A stretch of 64,000 bases of DNA. Origin: Podarcis vaucheri. Its lineage: Eukaryota. Of the stretch, positions 1 to 10,001 are shown in pieces (within the stretch, counting starts at the first letter, position 1; each line of letters begins with the position of its first letter). The notes beneath the pieces were generated by a model. The model searched no databases and was not told the DNA's origin. It saw nothing but the letters and a program-made list of their open reading frames with translations. The position numbers and the translations under genes are program-made. The stretch lies in NCBI GenBank assembly GCA_965113315.1, contig OZ220365.1. One strand, given 5' to 3'.

Positions 1-2057
1 GGATCATTCTGGGGACATGAGAGGCTTTTGGACACCAGGAGAAACATCACTACTGTTGCCGTGGTTATCCTGTTTCACAATTGTTTTGCTGCCCCTCCCA
101 GGACTAATCTACTGGCACAGGAGGCATGTTTTGGGCTATAAACATGTACACAGAGATAAAAAATGTGTGTGTGTGTGTGTGTGTGTGTGTGTCTTCTGAC
201 ATTAAGGAATGAATTTTCAAACATAATTCTTTTTTATGAAGGATGACTAAATGCATGAAATCAGAATGTTGACTAGAGTTACTTTTTCCCCATTGGGTTT
301 TCTTCAACATAAACAATCTATGATAGAAGTCTCTGTTGCTGAATTGTGTAACAATTTTGTAATTTTCATTGGGTTTAGTGTCTTTGTAAAGACCTTCTAG
401 CAGATTTTACTAGCACAGTAAAAAAGAAAAGAAAAGAAACCCTGTAATGGTTGGATGAGTCTGCATATGGTTTACTGTAATTAGCAATTGTAATTTGCTT
501 GTGCAATGCATGGATCTTGACAAAAAAGTTATTCATGCAGCAAAATTCCTTGTTAACAAATTCTAATGTGTTCTATTTTGTTATACTTCACTATAGCAAC
601 TTATAGCATCTTTTAGGAGACTGATCACTACTATGAAGGAAGGGAAATTACAGTAGTTTACTATATATTGGATTAAAAGGCAGGTCTTGAAACATCTTTG
701 CCATTGGATTCTTCTGGAAAAGAGGCAAGCCAATATGAAAAGATAATTAGATGATAAAATAAGAAAAACTGAATTAAGCACTGCAGGTTATCGGTGCTTA
801 TAAGCAATTCATCCACAGTGCATTAGTGAATTACATGCACATCTTTGATGCGTGCTTGTTTTATATATCAGCACACACAAGCCCTATTATTTAACTTGTA
901 ACAAATAGTCCTCCTGAAGAAAAAAACCCAAGGTCTATTTTTCAGCAGTTATTCCGTATAATTAAAAATAACAGGGTTATATTTTTCCACACAGAGTTTT
1001 ATTAGAACAATAATGGCTTCAGGATTGCTTGTTCAATTAAAAACAGAAGAGCTTGCGATCCTGTTTGCTTGACCAAGCGCATTCTGAGAGGGGGCAGTTG
1101 GGAGCGAAAGGAAAAAGCCATATTCAGCAATGTAGAAGATCCCCAGGTAAACCTTCCTGGCATCTCCAGTTAACGATTCTTAGAAAACTCTTTAATGGTA
1201 GAGGTTGATAAGCTGCTGTCAGATACTGCTGAGCAACAGAGACCAGTAATTTGCATCAGTATAAAGAAGCTTCAAACCTTCACTACCAATAGGTTTGATC
1301 CAGACTAATTTAGCACTGCATTTATTCCATGAAAAACACTGGGACATATTAGTCAGGGTAACCCAAGTGCTGCCTTGCAGATGTTGTTGGACATAGTTTG
1401 TCTCCCTTGTTGAGGACAGGTCAATCTAAACTGACTAAGGAGATCCATCCATATGGTTCCATTCCAGACATCCTCATTGAGGGTACAATCTCCAGGCCCT
1501 CTCGTTGGTCATGTGAAAGATTGGCTCTACCCCTCTCACACTGGAAATAAGCTGACATCAGAGAGGGAGCTCTGATGCCAGAACCTCCCTTTAACAGCAC
1601 TGCCTCCTCTGATTCCATAGGCCAACTGGTGTCAGATCTCTCATACTGATGGGGCCCAGGGCATTCTGGGAATAGGACCCAAAGTCTTCCAATCTCCTAG
1701 AACCTGCTACCATCCCAAATTCTGAGGAAGGGCAAGTGAGGCACAGAGCTGAGGATATCTAAATCTCTCACACACCTTCCCTTCCTTTGTTTTGAGTGGA
1801 AGGGGGCGGGGAATACAAGTTACAAAAAATATAAGGTTGATCACGTCCATATTTCTACTTTGAGAGCAGAGCCCAGCAGGCTATTGGATAAAGATGCTAA
1901 CTGCCTTTGTATCTCTCCCATCCCCCCCCCCCGGATAAATCCTTGATAACAGGTAAAAATATTGCGTGTTGAGTCCCACAAAGCCACCCCCCACCAAAAA
2001 ATTCACACTTCACGCGTCATTTTTGTTTAAGGTTTTTGGCATAATTTTGGCCACAAC

Positions 2058-2063
2058 TTTATT
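2058..2063 (-). terminator. Polyadenylation signal AATAAA of the element
   Basis: AATAAA(A)GTTGTGGCC lies just downstream of the structured region in both this element and the 59.6-kb copy. Confidence 0.7.
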
Positions 2064-2075
2064 CAATACAAAATA

Positions 2076-2419
2076 TGTGAGTGGTTGCTTAGGCATTGGT
2101 TTGACTATCTGTCCATGCCCAGGGACAGTGCTGACTTCCGGATTCCAGCGGAAGCCAGCTTGGGAAACAAGTATTGGGTGAGAAAATATGAAGCTGGGTA
2201 TCAGTCCCTCACTTCTCACCCTCATGTTCCTGTGGGGCTTACCCGGCCCAAGTCCGACTCCGGGGACAAGGACGAAAGGATGGTAAGCCCCTGGATTCCT
2301 TTAACGGAATTCCCTTTCCGCACCACCATTGGAGGGGTAGGCACTTACCCCTCCATCCACCATTTTTAACCAATGCCTAACCGCCATGGAGCCCTAAGCT
2401 CTCCGCCAAACCACTCACA
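2076..2419 (-). ncRNA. Putative cis-acting multi-helix RNA element in the retrotransposon 3' UTR
   Basis: 2076-2101 is complementary to 2368-2380 and 2409-2419 and encloses about six hairpins. The same fold is seen at 59682-59998. Confidence 0.65.
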
Positions 2420-2989
2420 AACCCAGCCAAGACTTTAGCTTAGCTATCACTGCACCCAGCCACACCTTATTTCCCACGGCCGAAAGATGCACCCCATCAT
2501 CCCTAAACAGCGATGCCTCCTGAAAGCGAATCTCCGGATGTGCAATCACATCACCTCCCAGCTCAAAAACCTTTTTTGAGACAGCAGAATTAATCCGCTT
2601 TCTGACCCTTTCAGTGGCATCCGGGCAACGACTGCCCCTCCAAACACGGCGTTGCAAAAACTTTGACCAAAATATCTTTGCTGCCGGCACCATTGCACGC
2701 AGCACCTCCAGGTCCCTTAAAATCGCAGCACGCAAGGAAAAACAGTCCATGGAGACCAGGTCGTTCTCACCCAGCTGAATCACAATGGCCGCGGGCGGCC
2801 GTTCCACGCCCAACTGCCTCCTCACCAGTGGCAGAAACTCTGGCCATGACATTCCCCTTCTGGTCAGCCAAGAGACGTGCACGTGTGGAGAAAGACCGAG
2901 ACCTGGTCCCAATCCAAATCGCTGGGCCTCAACGCCGGCCCAATGCACGATGCTGTGCCCCACCATCCAGATGCGGACAGCCGCTAAAC
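2415..2989 (-). CDS. SGNH/GDSL-family hydrolase (esterase) domain
   Basis: Block I WMVGHS (GDS-like Ser), block III QLGENDL, block V DGVHL. No ATG ahead of block I except the Met inside it; preceded by a pyrimidine tract and CAG at 2992-2990. Confidence 0.88.
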
Positions 2990-3029
2990 CTGAGGTGAAT
3001 AAACAAAACAAATGTAAGAATATGAAATG

Positions 3030-4000
3030 TTAACGAACATAGTCTCTGAACGCGTCGGATTTCCAGCGGCCCAAATCCTTTATTCTGCTGGCTGACAGCC
3101 CCCAGTGCGCCGCTGTTGTGGCAGCACCAATCCTAAAAGAGTGGGGGGCAAAACCATGCGCCGAGCCACCGCAAGCCTTAATGGCCTTCCGCATCACCAA
3201 TGCAAACTGGCGTCTGGACAGAGGCAAACCATTCTCGTGCCTCAACAAGGGGCCATCCCCTGGAGCTCGGACAGCCAGGTACCTCCTTACATCCTTGACC
3301 GGGCAAGGTCCCGCCTCCCCTGTAGCCGGAAGCCGAATAAGGGCTCCCCTACCCTGTTGGTCAGTTTTCGAATTCCTAATCATAAGTCTCAGCTCCATTG
3401 GGGATAGCTGTACGTCCTGTAGCAATAAACCCCTGGAACGGCCAACCCTGTGCTCCTCCAACACAAGTTCACCAACCCTTAGGGCCCCAAAGAAGGCGAT
3501 AGAAAAGGCTGCGGAAAAAAGGCGAGCCTCATACCCAGACCAGCAAAGCTTCCTCAATTCCTTGCGCATCTTACACAGCAGGTCGAAGGATATTGGGTGC
3601 CGTGCGGCTGGTTGGGGAGGACAAAGTCTACCCCACCCTTCAAGGGCCTTACGCACCACAAACTTCGCGCAAGGATCCTTGTCAAATAAAGATTTACTGA
3701 AAAAGGCAATGGCGGCTGCCTGGATCCTTATCGTCTTGACTGCACGTCCCAACTGAAACAGGTGCGTCAAATATCTTAGCACCTGAGAGGATGAGGGAGA
3801 AGCCCTCATCTCCTCCCCTACCGACTGATATGTAAAGGCCAGAAAATCAGTCCAAGCTTTTCTGTATGATCTGAGGGTAGAAGAGGAAACAGAAGCAGCT
3901 ACTCCCTGAAAAACTAATTCCTGCCAAGGCTCCAGAGATGATCCGGGAAATATTCCGGACGTAACCGAGCCTCTGGAACCAGAAGTCTGAACCGCTCCAT
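3030..4000 (-). CDS. Tyrosine recombinase (integrase)
   Basis: AFFGALRVGE (catalytic R), SKTDQ (K), HSFRIGAAT (HxxR), LGRWKSDAFRDY (W/Y). The frame is open to 4019, upstream of the called ATG at 3809, and includes the typical N-terminal motif WQELV...STLRSYRKAWTDF. Confidence 0.95.
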
Positions 4001-5733
4001 CTGAAAACGGGACAGAGCATCAGCAATTTCATTAGACACTCCGGGGACAAAACGTGCAGAAAACACGATATTATAGCGTAAGCAATATAAAACAAAAACA
4101 CGCAAAAGGGCCGACACCCTAGGAGAGCGGGACGACAGCTTGGCCAGCACGTTCACTACCGCCAGGTTATCGGTCCAGAAGCAAACACGTCGGTCCCTGA
4201 ACTCATCGACCCACAAGTGCACTGCCACTGCAATGGGAAAGAACTCAAGAAAAGTTAGATCCCGCGTAATGTCTGTCCCTTGCCACTCCAGTGGCCAACG
4301 CATGGCACACCATCTTCCTTTCCAATAAAGACCGAAACCTTGTGAACCTGCGGCATCTGAATGCACCTGAAAGTCATTATGCAAGTTCAACGTGTCTTGC
4401 CATAACGACACCCCATTGAATTCTTCCAAGAATTCGAGCCAAATGCTGAGATCAGCCCGCACTTCTCTAGATAAACGGACCCGATGATGTGGGGCCTTCA
4501 AACCCACGGTAAGCCGGGCCAGGCGTGAACAAAAGGGGCGTCCAGGGGCCACCACCCTGCACGCGGAATTCAGGTGACCCAGCAGCGATTGAATCTGTCT
4601 AAGGGACACTTTCTCCAAAGGGAGCAATTCCTCAATGACCGTCTTCAAAGCAACCAGCTTATCCTTTGGCAAGCTGGAAGTTTGGGACACCGTATCCAAT
4701 AGGATACCCAGGTAAGTAAGTTGGGTTGCGGGGCCCTCTGTCTTGTCCGCTGCTAGCGGAACCCCCAGCTCCTGCGTAAGGTCAGCGAAAGCATGCAGCA
4801 ACACCGAGCAATTGCCAGAGTCACAATCTGAGGCCAATAAAAAATCATCCAAATAATGAGTGACCCCGCCCAGCCCGGTTTTCTGCTTGATGGCCCACTC
4901 CAAGAAGGTGCTGAACGACTCAAAGGCGGCACATGCTATCGAGCAGCCCATAGGCATGGCCTTGTCAAAATAAAATTTGCCCTCGAACCGAAAGCCTAGG
5001 AGCCAAAAATCCTCCGGGTGAATAGGCAATAATCGAAAAGCCGATTCGATATCGCATTTCGCCAATAAAGCAGCCCGTCCAAATTTTCGAATCATCTTAA
5101 TTGCATAATCAAGGGAGGCATACTTTACTGAGCAAAGTTCCTGAGGAATCACATCGTTGACCGAGGAACCCCTAGGATGCGATAGATTATGAATTAGACG
5201 AAATTCGCCAGGGGCCTTCTTTGGCACAATACCCAATGGTGATATGTGCAAATTGTGAAAAGGTGGGGCACAAAAGGGGCCCGCCATCCGATGCATGGAC
5301 ACTTCCTTAGCAATCTTTTTCCGGGCGATTTCAGGTAATTCACGAACTGACTTTTGATTAGGAGGATTCCGTGCCACGGGAGGCATGGCTACCGGAATCC
5401 GAAAGCCCACAGAAAAACCATCACTTAAGTAACTTGCAGCAGTCCTGTTGGGGTAAGATTGCAGCCAAATTTTAAGAGCCGGCAATCGTACCGGGGTGTG
5501 GGCCAATGATGTCAACACACTATTTTGCTGCTCCTGAGGTTGAAGGGAGGGGAGGGGCCGATTTGGGGGGTTGCTGAGAACCCCCTCTGCCTCCACGAAA
5601 GGGCCGCCTACCGCCAAAGCAAGAGGAAGCAGGATGCGATCCATTACACTTCTCGCAAATGTGTGCAAATCTACAGGCTGGACGCTGGCAAGAACCCCTA
5701 TTAAAGTCCCAGCATAACAAACGACGGCCAGAT
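3914..5733 (-). CDS. Reverse transcriptase + RNase H (DIRS/Ngaro type), overlapping the gag 3' end in another frame
   Basis: RT motifs SPLGIVPKK, FRLIHNLS, KCDIESAFR, MPMGCS, HYLDDFL, YLGI. RNase H motifs HSDAAG, FLEFFPI, WTDN, NEIADALSR. First ATG at 5644; frame is open upstream through a candidate acceptor at 5733. Confidence 0.95.
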
Positions 5734-7046
5734 CTGAAAGCCGAAAACTTCGGCTTCTGTTGCTCAGGCACTTTTTTATCTATCAGTGGAGCCACATGAG
5801 TAGTCCACACATCAAGATCCTTTCGATCCCAGCGGGCTGAGGGGATCTTGGCAGCGCGACGCCTGAAATTCTCATCATATTTGATCGCCGCCTTTTCTCC
5901 AGCCTTGGAGAATGCGGAGCGCACAATAGATAGATAAACTAACAGATGAAGGGACCTCCGTGGATAGGCTGCCACTACCACACCAGCAAAGACCTGGAAA
6001 CAGTCGAGCCAATGCTCGAAAGTCCTGACCACCGCAGAGGCCCCTGTACGCTTTTTGGATGAAGAACTTTCCTTTTCTTGATCCTCTGAAGGTGGGAGCA
6101 ATTTGAACATATCTACGTAGCGGCCATTTAAGATTCTGGACCGCAATTTTGACGACAAATGCGATCCCGGTATGATGTCCCTGGCGGAGTTGGTTGATAC
6201 TTTAACGTCAGGAACCAACACGCCATCTATACATTCTAGGACTGCTCCATATTGAGCTCTATGAGTGTTGGACCTTCGTTCCCAAGCCCACCTTGGAAGT
6301 CCAGAAACCGATTCGCCAAAACCCCAGTAAAGTTGCATATTACTACCCTCATCATCGGAACTAGACGAAGACGTACCAGAATGAGAGGAAGAAGTGTCGT
6401 CCCTCCTCCTCTTGGCGCGCTTCCGAGATGACTTCTTCTGGCGACGTTTTCCTCCCAATGACTTCCTGGCGGGTACAGGAAGGCTGTCTTCGACAGATGA
6501 CTCAGATTCGGGCTCCAGCTGAGATGGAACTGAAACAGACTGCACAGAGACAGCACGTGAGATGCCAGAACCCGAGGCCACCGCCACCGAATGCTGGGCG
6601 GACGCGCGCCTGCGAGTCGAATCTACCGAAGGGGCGCTTCTTCCTGAGGCCCTCCTAGTGGAGCGGCCTGACCGCCGAGGTTGACCCCGGCCTGCAGGTA
6701 AGACAGGGGACTGGGATAACTGGGGGTTCACAATCAAACCACCGGATGAAGACCCTTCTCCCCCATCTTCACTAGATGATGGTGAAGCCGGAGACGACGC
6801 CAACGCAGCAGGATGCTGCCTTCCAGACGTGGACGGCTGGGCGGAGCAGTGCTGCAAGAAACCATCCATCTCAGCTGCAAAGCGAGAAAGTGCTGCGGGG
6901 TCACCAGCCATGCTCGCCACCAATGACTGTACCCGCCCCACTGGTTGTCTAGCAGAAGGTGAGCGGAGCGCCTGGGATGGGCCTTTAATCGGCCGTTTTG
7001 CAGCGGTGGCAGGGCTGGAACGATTGGCGACCTTCTTCGGAGCCAT
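5520..7046 (-). CDS. Gag-like ORF1 (~508 aa): Ser/Arg-rich basic N-terminal half and C-terminal Cys/His zinc finger
   Basis: ATG at 7046 (MAPKK...). Basic cluster KRRQKKSSRKRAKRRR. Core W..YDENFRRRAA...RWD..D.D.W and finger CWDFNRGSCQRPACRFAHICEKCNGSHPASSC, typical of DIRS/Ngaro ORF1. Confidence 0.88.
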   Translation of the reverse strand: MAPKKVANRSSPATAAKRPIKGPSQALRSPSARQPVGRVQSLVASMAGDPAALSRFAAEMDGFLQHCSAQPSTSGRQHPAALASSPASPSSSEDGGEGSSSGGLIVNPQLSQSPVLPAGRGQPRRSGRSTRRASGRSAPSVDSTRRRASAQHSVAVASGSGISRAVSVQSVSVPSQLEPESESSVEDSLPVPARKSLGGKRRQKKSSRKRAKRRRDDTSSSHSGTSSSSSDDEGSNMQLYWGFGESVSGLPRWAWERRSNTHRAQYGAVLECIDGVLVPDVKVSTNSARDIIPGSHLSSKLRSRILNGRYVDMFKLLPPSEDQEKESSSSKKRTGASAVVRTFEHWLDCFQVFAGVVVAAYPRRSLHLLVYLSIVRSAFSKAGEKAAIKYDENFRRRAAKIPSARWDRKDLDVWTTHVAPLIDKKVPEQQKPKFSAFRSGRRLLCWDFNRGSCQRPACRFAHICEKCNGSHPASSCFGGRRPFRGGRGGSQQPPKSAPPLPSTSGAAK

Positions 7047-7559
7047 ACCTGCTAGCCGGAGATAAATCAAAACCAGTTAAACTTCACCAACCACCAAGAT
7101 TTTTTTTTTTAAATTATTTATTTATTTTATTTTATATATTTATATATAATAAGTTATTTATTTTAGATTATCAAATATATTTATTTATTTATTTAGGAAT
7201 AAACTAATACAATAAACAGTACAGTCTATTCACTGGTCAATTCGAGCAATACTTGAAGCAAAACAAACAATATTATAAGGTGGGTAAGTAACCCTATCTA
7301 TCTATCTATCTATTTCCTTCCTGACGTTACTTCAGGTATTTGACAATTAACTTGCAAAAACTTGGGCCAGGCTGCGGGGCTTCACAGCCAGGCCTGTGGG
7401 TGTAATACCCAAAGCGGCCTATAAAGAGGCCAGCTAGGCCGGTCCTATGAGAAAGGGGCGCAATGCCACTCTGAACCACTGGAGGGAGCCTGGTTTTACC
7501 AGGGCGCAATAGCGAAAAGCCGCCACTAGAGGGCCTGCAGCACCAATAGCCAGCCAGCA

Positions 7560-8300
7560 GGCACCCCTCGATCGGAATGTGCGCTTCCAAAATGGCGGGC
7601 CTCCCTCAATTACGCAGCAAAATTGCTGCTTTCTTTTGGAGTTGCACCTTCCGGGCGCTCAGCCCAGCCCAAGGCCCCGCTGGCGGGGAGCCGCGCAATC
7701 GCGGGGCTCGGGGGCTAAGGCGAATCCCCCGCTTCCCCGGCCTCGTCACCCTGCGCGCTCGACGAGGCCGCCCGAGCGTGAAACGCCGCCCCGGAGGGCG
7801 CGAGGTGCCCACCCAGCGGGAAGGCCCGGGCCGCGCCGTACAAAAGGCCCCAGGCGCTGGGCGGCCAATGCGCGCCGCCGCGAACAGGCAGGCCGCGCGG
7901 GAACCCCAACGAGAGGAGGCCTCGCAAAGCCCAACGGCAGGCGTCTCCCCCCACCGCAGCCCCGCAAAAACGGGCCAGTCCACGGAGCCGGGAAGAAGGG
8001 AACCACCACCCCGGCCCCGAGCTGGACGTGGCCTGCGGAGACTGTCCGCCACCCGGACTTCCAGGTAAGGGCTGCCGCGGTAGGCGGAGGAAAGGAGCCC
8101 CGAGGCGACCCGCGGCTCCGGAGCCGCCCGCGAATAAAATATAGGGGGGTGGGGGAGGTTGCCGCGGCCTAATTAGAGAGCTAAAAATCCCCTCACAGGC
8201 CGCACGCCGGGGCTTCCGTTCCGCCGGAATCGGGCCCGCAACTCGTGCGGGGAGGCTTCGCCTCCCCGGGCTGGGGGGGGGGTCCCCACCCTCAGCCAAG
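7560..8300. promoter_or_regulatory. CpG island in the element's 5' leader
   Basis: Very GC- and CpG-rich relative to the flanks; YY1-type AAAATGGCG at ~7589-7597. Confidence 0.6.
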
Positions 8301-8545
8301 CTTTTAAAGACAACTTCAGGGGATATAAACTAAACTCAGAGAACAGCTGAGAAATAGAAAAAATGGGGAGGCAAGGGAAAAGCGCAGAAGGGAGAAGAAA
8401 TCGGGGGGGGGAGGAACGAAGGGCACAGAAAGAAGGGATAGGACAAAAGGCAATAATTCGTCTTAATATACAACCAACTCCCGACTCCAATGCTCCGTGA
8501 TCCGTTGCAGAAGCCGAGAGGACGCTCTAGTGTTAGGCGTCCTGC

Positions 8546-8552
8546 ATTTATA
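8546..8552 (-). promoter_or_regulatory. TATA box of the element's internal promoter
   Basis: TATAAAT 159 nt inside the 5' end; the relative has TATTTAA 167 nt inside its 5' end (60681-60687). Confidence 0.55.
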
Positions 8553-8859
8553 CCCTCGGCTCCCTCCTCCAAGATTTGCAACATCCAAAACTCCCCAGTA
8601 ACCCAGATTAACCCCTTATGGGCTTGGTTTCCCAAATCTGCCTAGCAACGACAGGGTGGCTTTTATTTCCCCAACCGCAACACGTGCTCTCATTTCAAGG
8701 AGAACACGATTTACAGTAATGCTGCAACTTGTGCACATTTAGTGTTACATGCACGACAAAAAAGTAAAAGGGGGTTGGGTTCTAGGAAAAATTACTTTGG
8801 CAAGCTCCCCACCACAGACAAACCCCACACGGCATTGAACCCAATGAGTTTTGACTGTA

Positions 8860-9123
8860 CAGTAGTACCTCAGGTTAAGTACTTAATTTGTTCTGGAGGT
8901 CCGTCCTTTTTTTTTTTTAATGATATTTATTGAAAAACTGGAGGTCCGTTCTTAACCTGAAACTGTTCTTATGGGGCCTCCCACTGCTGCCGCACCACCA
9001 GAGCATGATTTCTGTTCTCATCCTGAAGCAAAGTTCTTAACCTGAAGCACTATTTCTGGGTTAGCGGAGTCTGTAACCTGAAGCATATGTAACCTGAAGT
9101 GTATGTAACCCGAGGTACCACTG
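8860..9123. mobile_element. Tc1/mariner-pogo-type MITE
   Basis: TA-CAGT(A/G)GTACCTC ... GAGGTACCACTG-TA terminal inverted repeats. Confidence 0.85.
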
Positions 9124-9679
9124 TATGTAATTTGGCTTTAGGAGTGATCCCCTTGCATAAGTTGTGGGCCTGCTGTAGAGCTGGGGACAGACGTCTGCCT
9201 GAAGCCCTGGACAACGGGTAGCAGAAACAGAGCCTCAGGGACACCATAGGGGAAGCCACAACTATGATTTAGAATGGAGCATGTGAGGTGGGGGTGGGGT
9301 GCCGAATATTAGCATCACGCAATGCGCTGCTGAAATTTGAGACCCCAAGTTCAGCTGCTGTGGGTAGCCAATGTGGTGCCCTTCGGAAGCTGTTTGATTA
9401 AACTCCCATCAGCCCCAGTCAGTATGACCTATCGTTGAGGGAGACCGGAGTTCTAGTTGAGCAACATCTGGAACGCACCACTCTGGCATTCCATGCCTTA
9501 AAGGCTTTGTAAACCCTGAAAACTTTTACTTCAGATGAAAGTGGAATGAGCAGGTACACAGTGAACAGTAATCCTCCTTTCAAATCCCCTTGAATATTTG
9601 GAGTGGGAGGCAGGGAACTATAATTTCTCCAACAATCATAGCCATTATAAGGGTATGTGGGCCATACCTGTGAGTATGG

Positions 9680-9680
<1 letters not shown>

Positions 9681-9728
<48 letters not shown>
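9681..9728. repeat. (AAT)n microsatellite
   Basis: Seen directly; similar tracts at 17176, 19901, 29546 and 62527; (GT)n at 164, (GGA)n at 42688, (CT)n(GT)n at 51843, (GGGA)n at 60580. Confidence 0.95.
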
Positions 9729-10001
9729 TCATATAATCCATCTCCCAAAAGCCATGATGTTCACAACACTGTGGATCTAACAACTGGATCGATATTGTTC
9801 TGAACTTACGTTAGATAACATTTTCATGTATTTTTTTAGAAGCAGAAAACATCACCAGCATTAGGGAAGATTAAAGAATGTGGGTGTTAAATAATAACCA
9901 CAGTGACTGCCTATGACCTGACATTCTTCCCTGCCCGATGTGGTCAGGGTGTAACTTGGTAATTATAATTGGTATTTGTGGCAATTTATAATTGTCACTG
10001 A

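Larger units (their letters stand above)
1961..8711 (-). mobile_element. Tyrosine-recombinase retrotransposon (DIRS order, Ngaro-like, SGNH-hydrolase-bearing), apparently intact
   Basis: Four uninterrupted ORFs in the order gag, RT/RH, YR, SGNH. Ends defined by homology with the 59573-60854 copy (left ttgcgtgt; right accgcaaca...acacgattt). ATT trinucleotide at both ends, no longer TSD. Confidence 0.93.

Noticed and set aside
2240-2280. Possible hammerhead in the 3' structured region (GACGAAAG on +)
   Set aside because: No CUGANGA core at the right spacing on either strand.
2663-3756. Plus-strand ORFs of 82-212 aa
   Set aside because: Antisense shadows of the YR and SGNH ORFs.
7577-8299. 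Several 150-200 aa ORFs on both strands
   Set aside because: Arg/Pro/Gly-rich translations expected from a stop-poor CpG island; no domain motifs.
9419-9783. Poly-Leu, poly-Tyr and poly-Ile ORFs
   Set aside because: Translations of the (AAT)n microsatellite.
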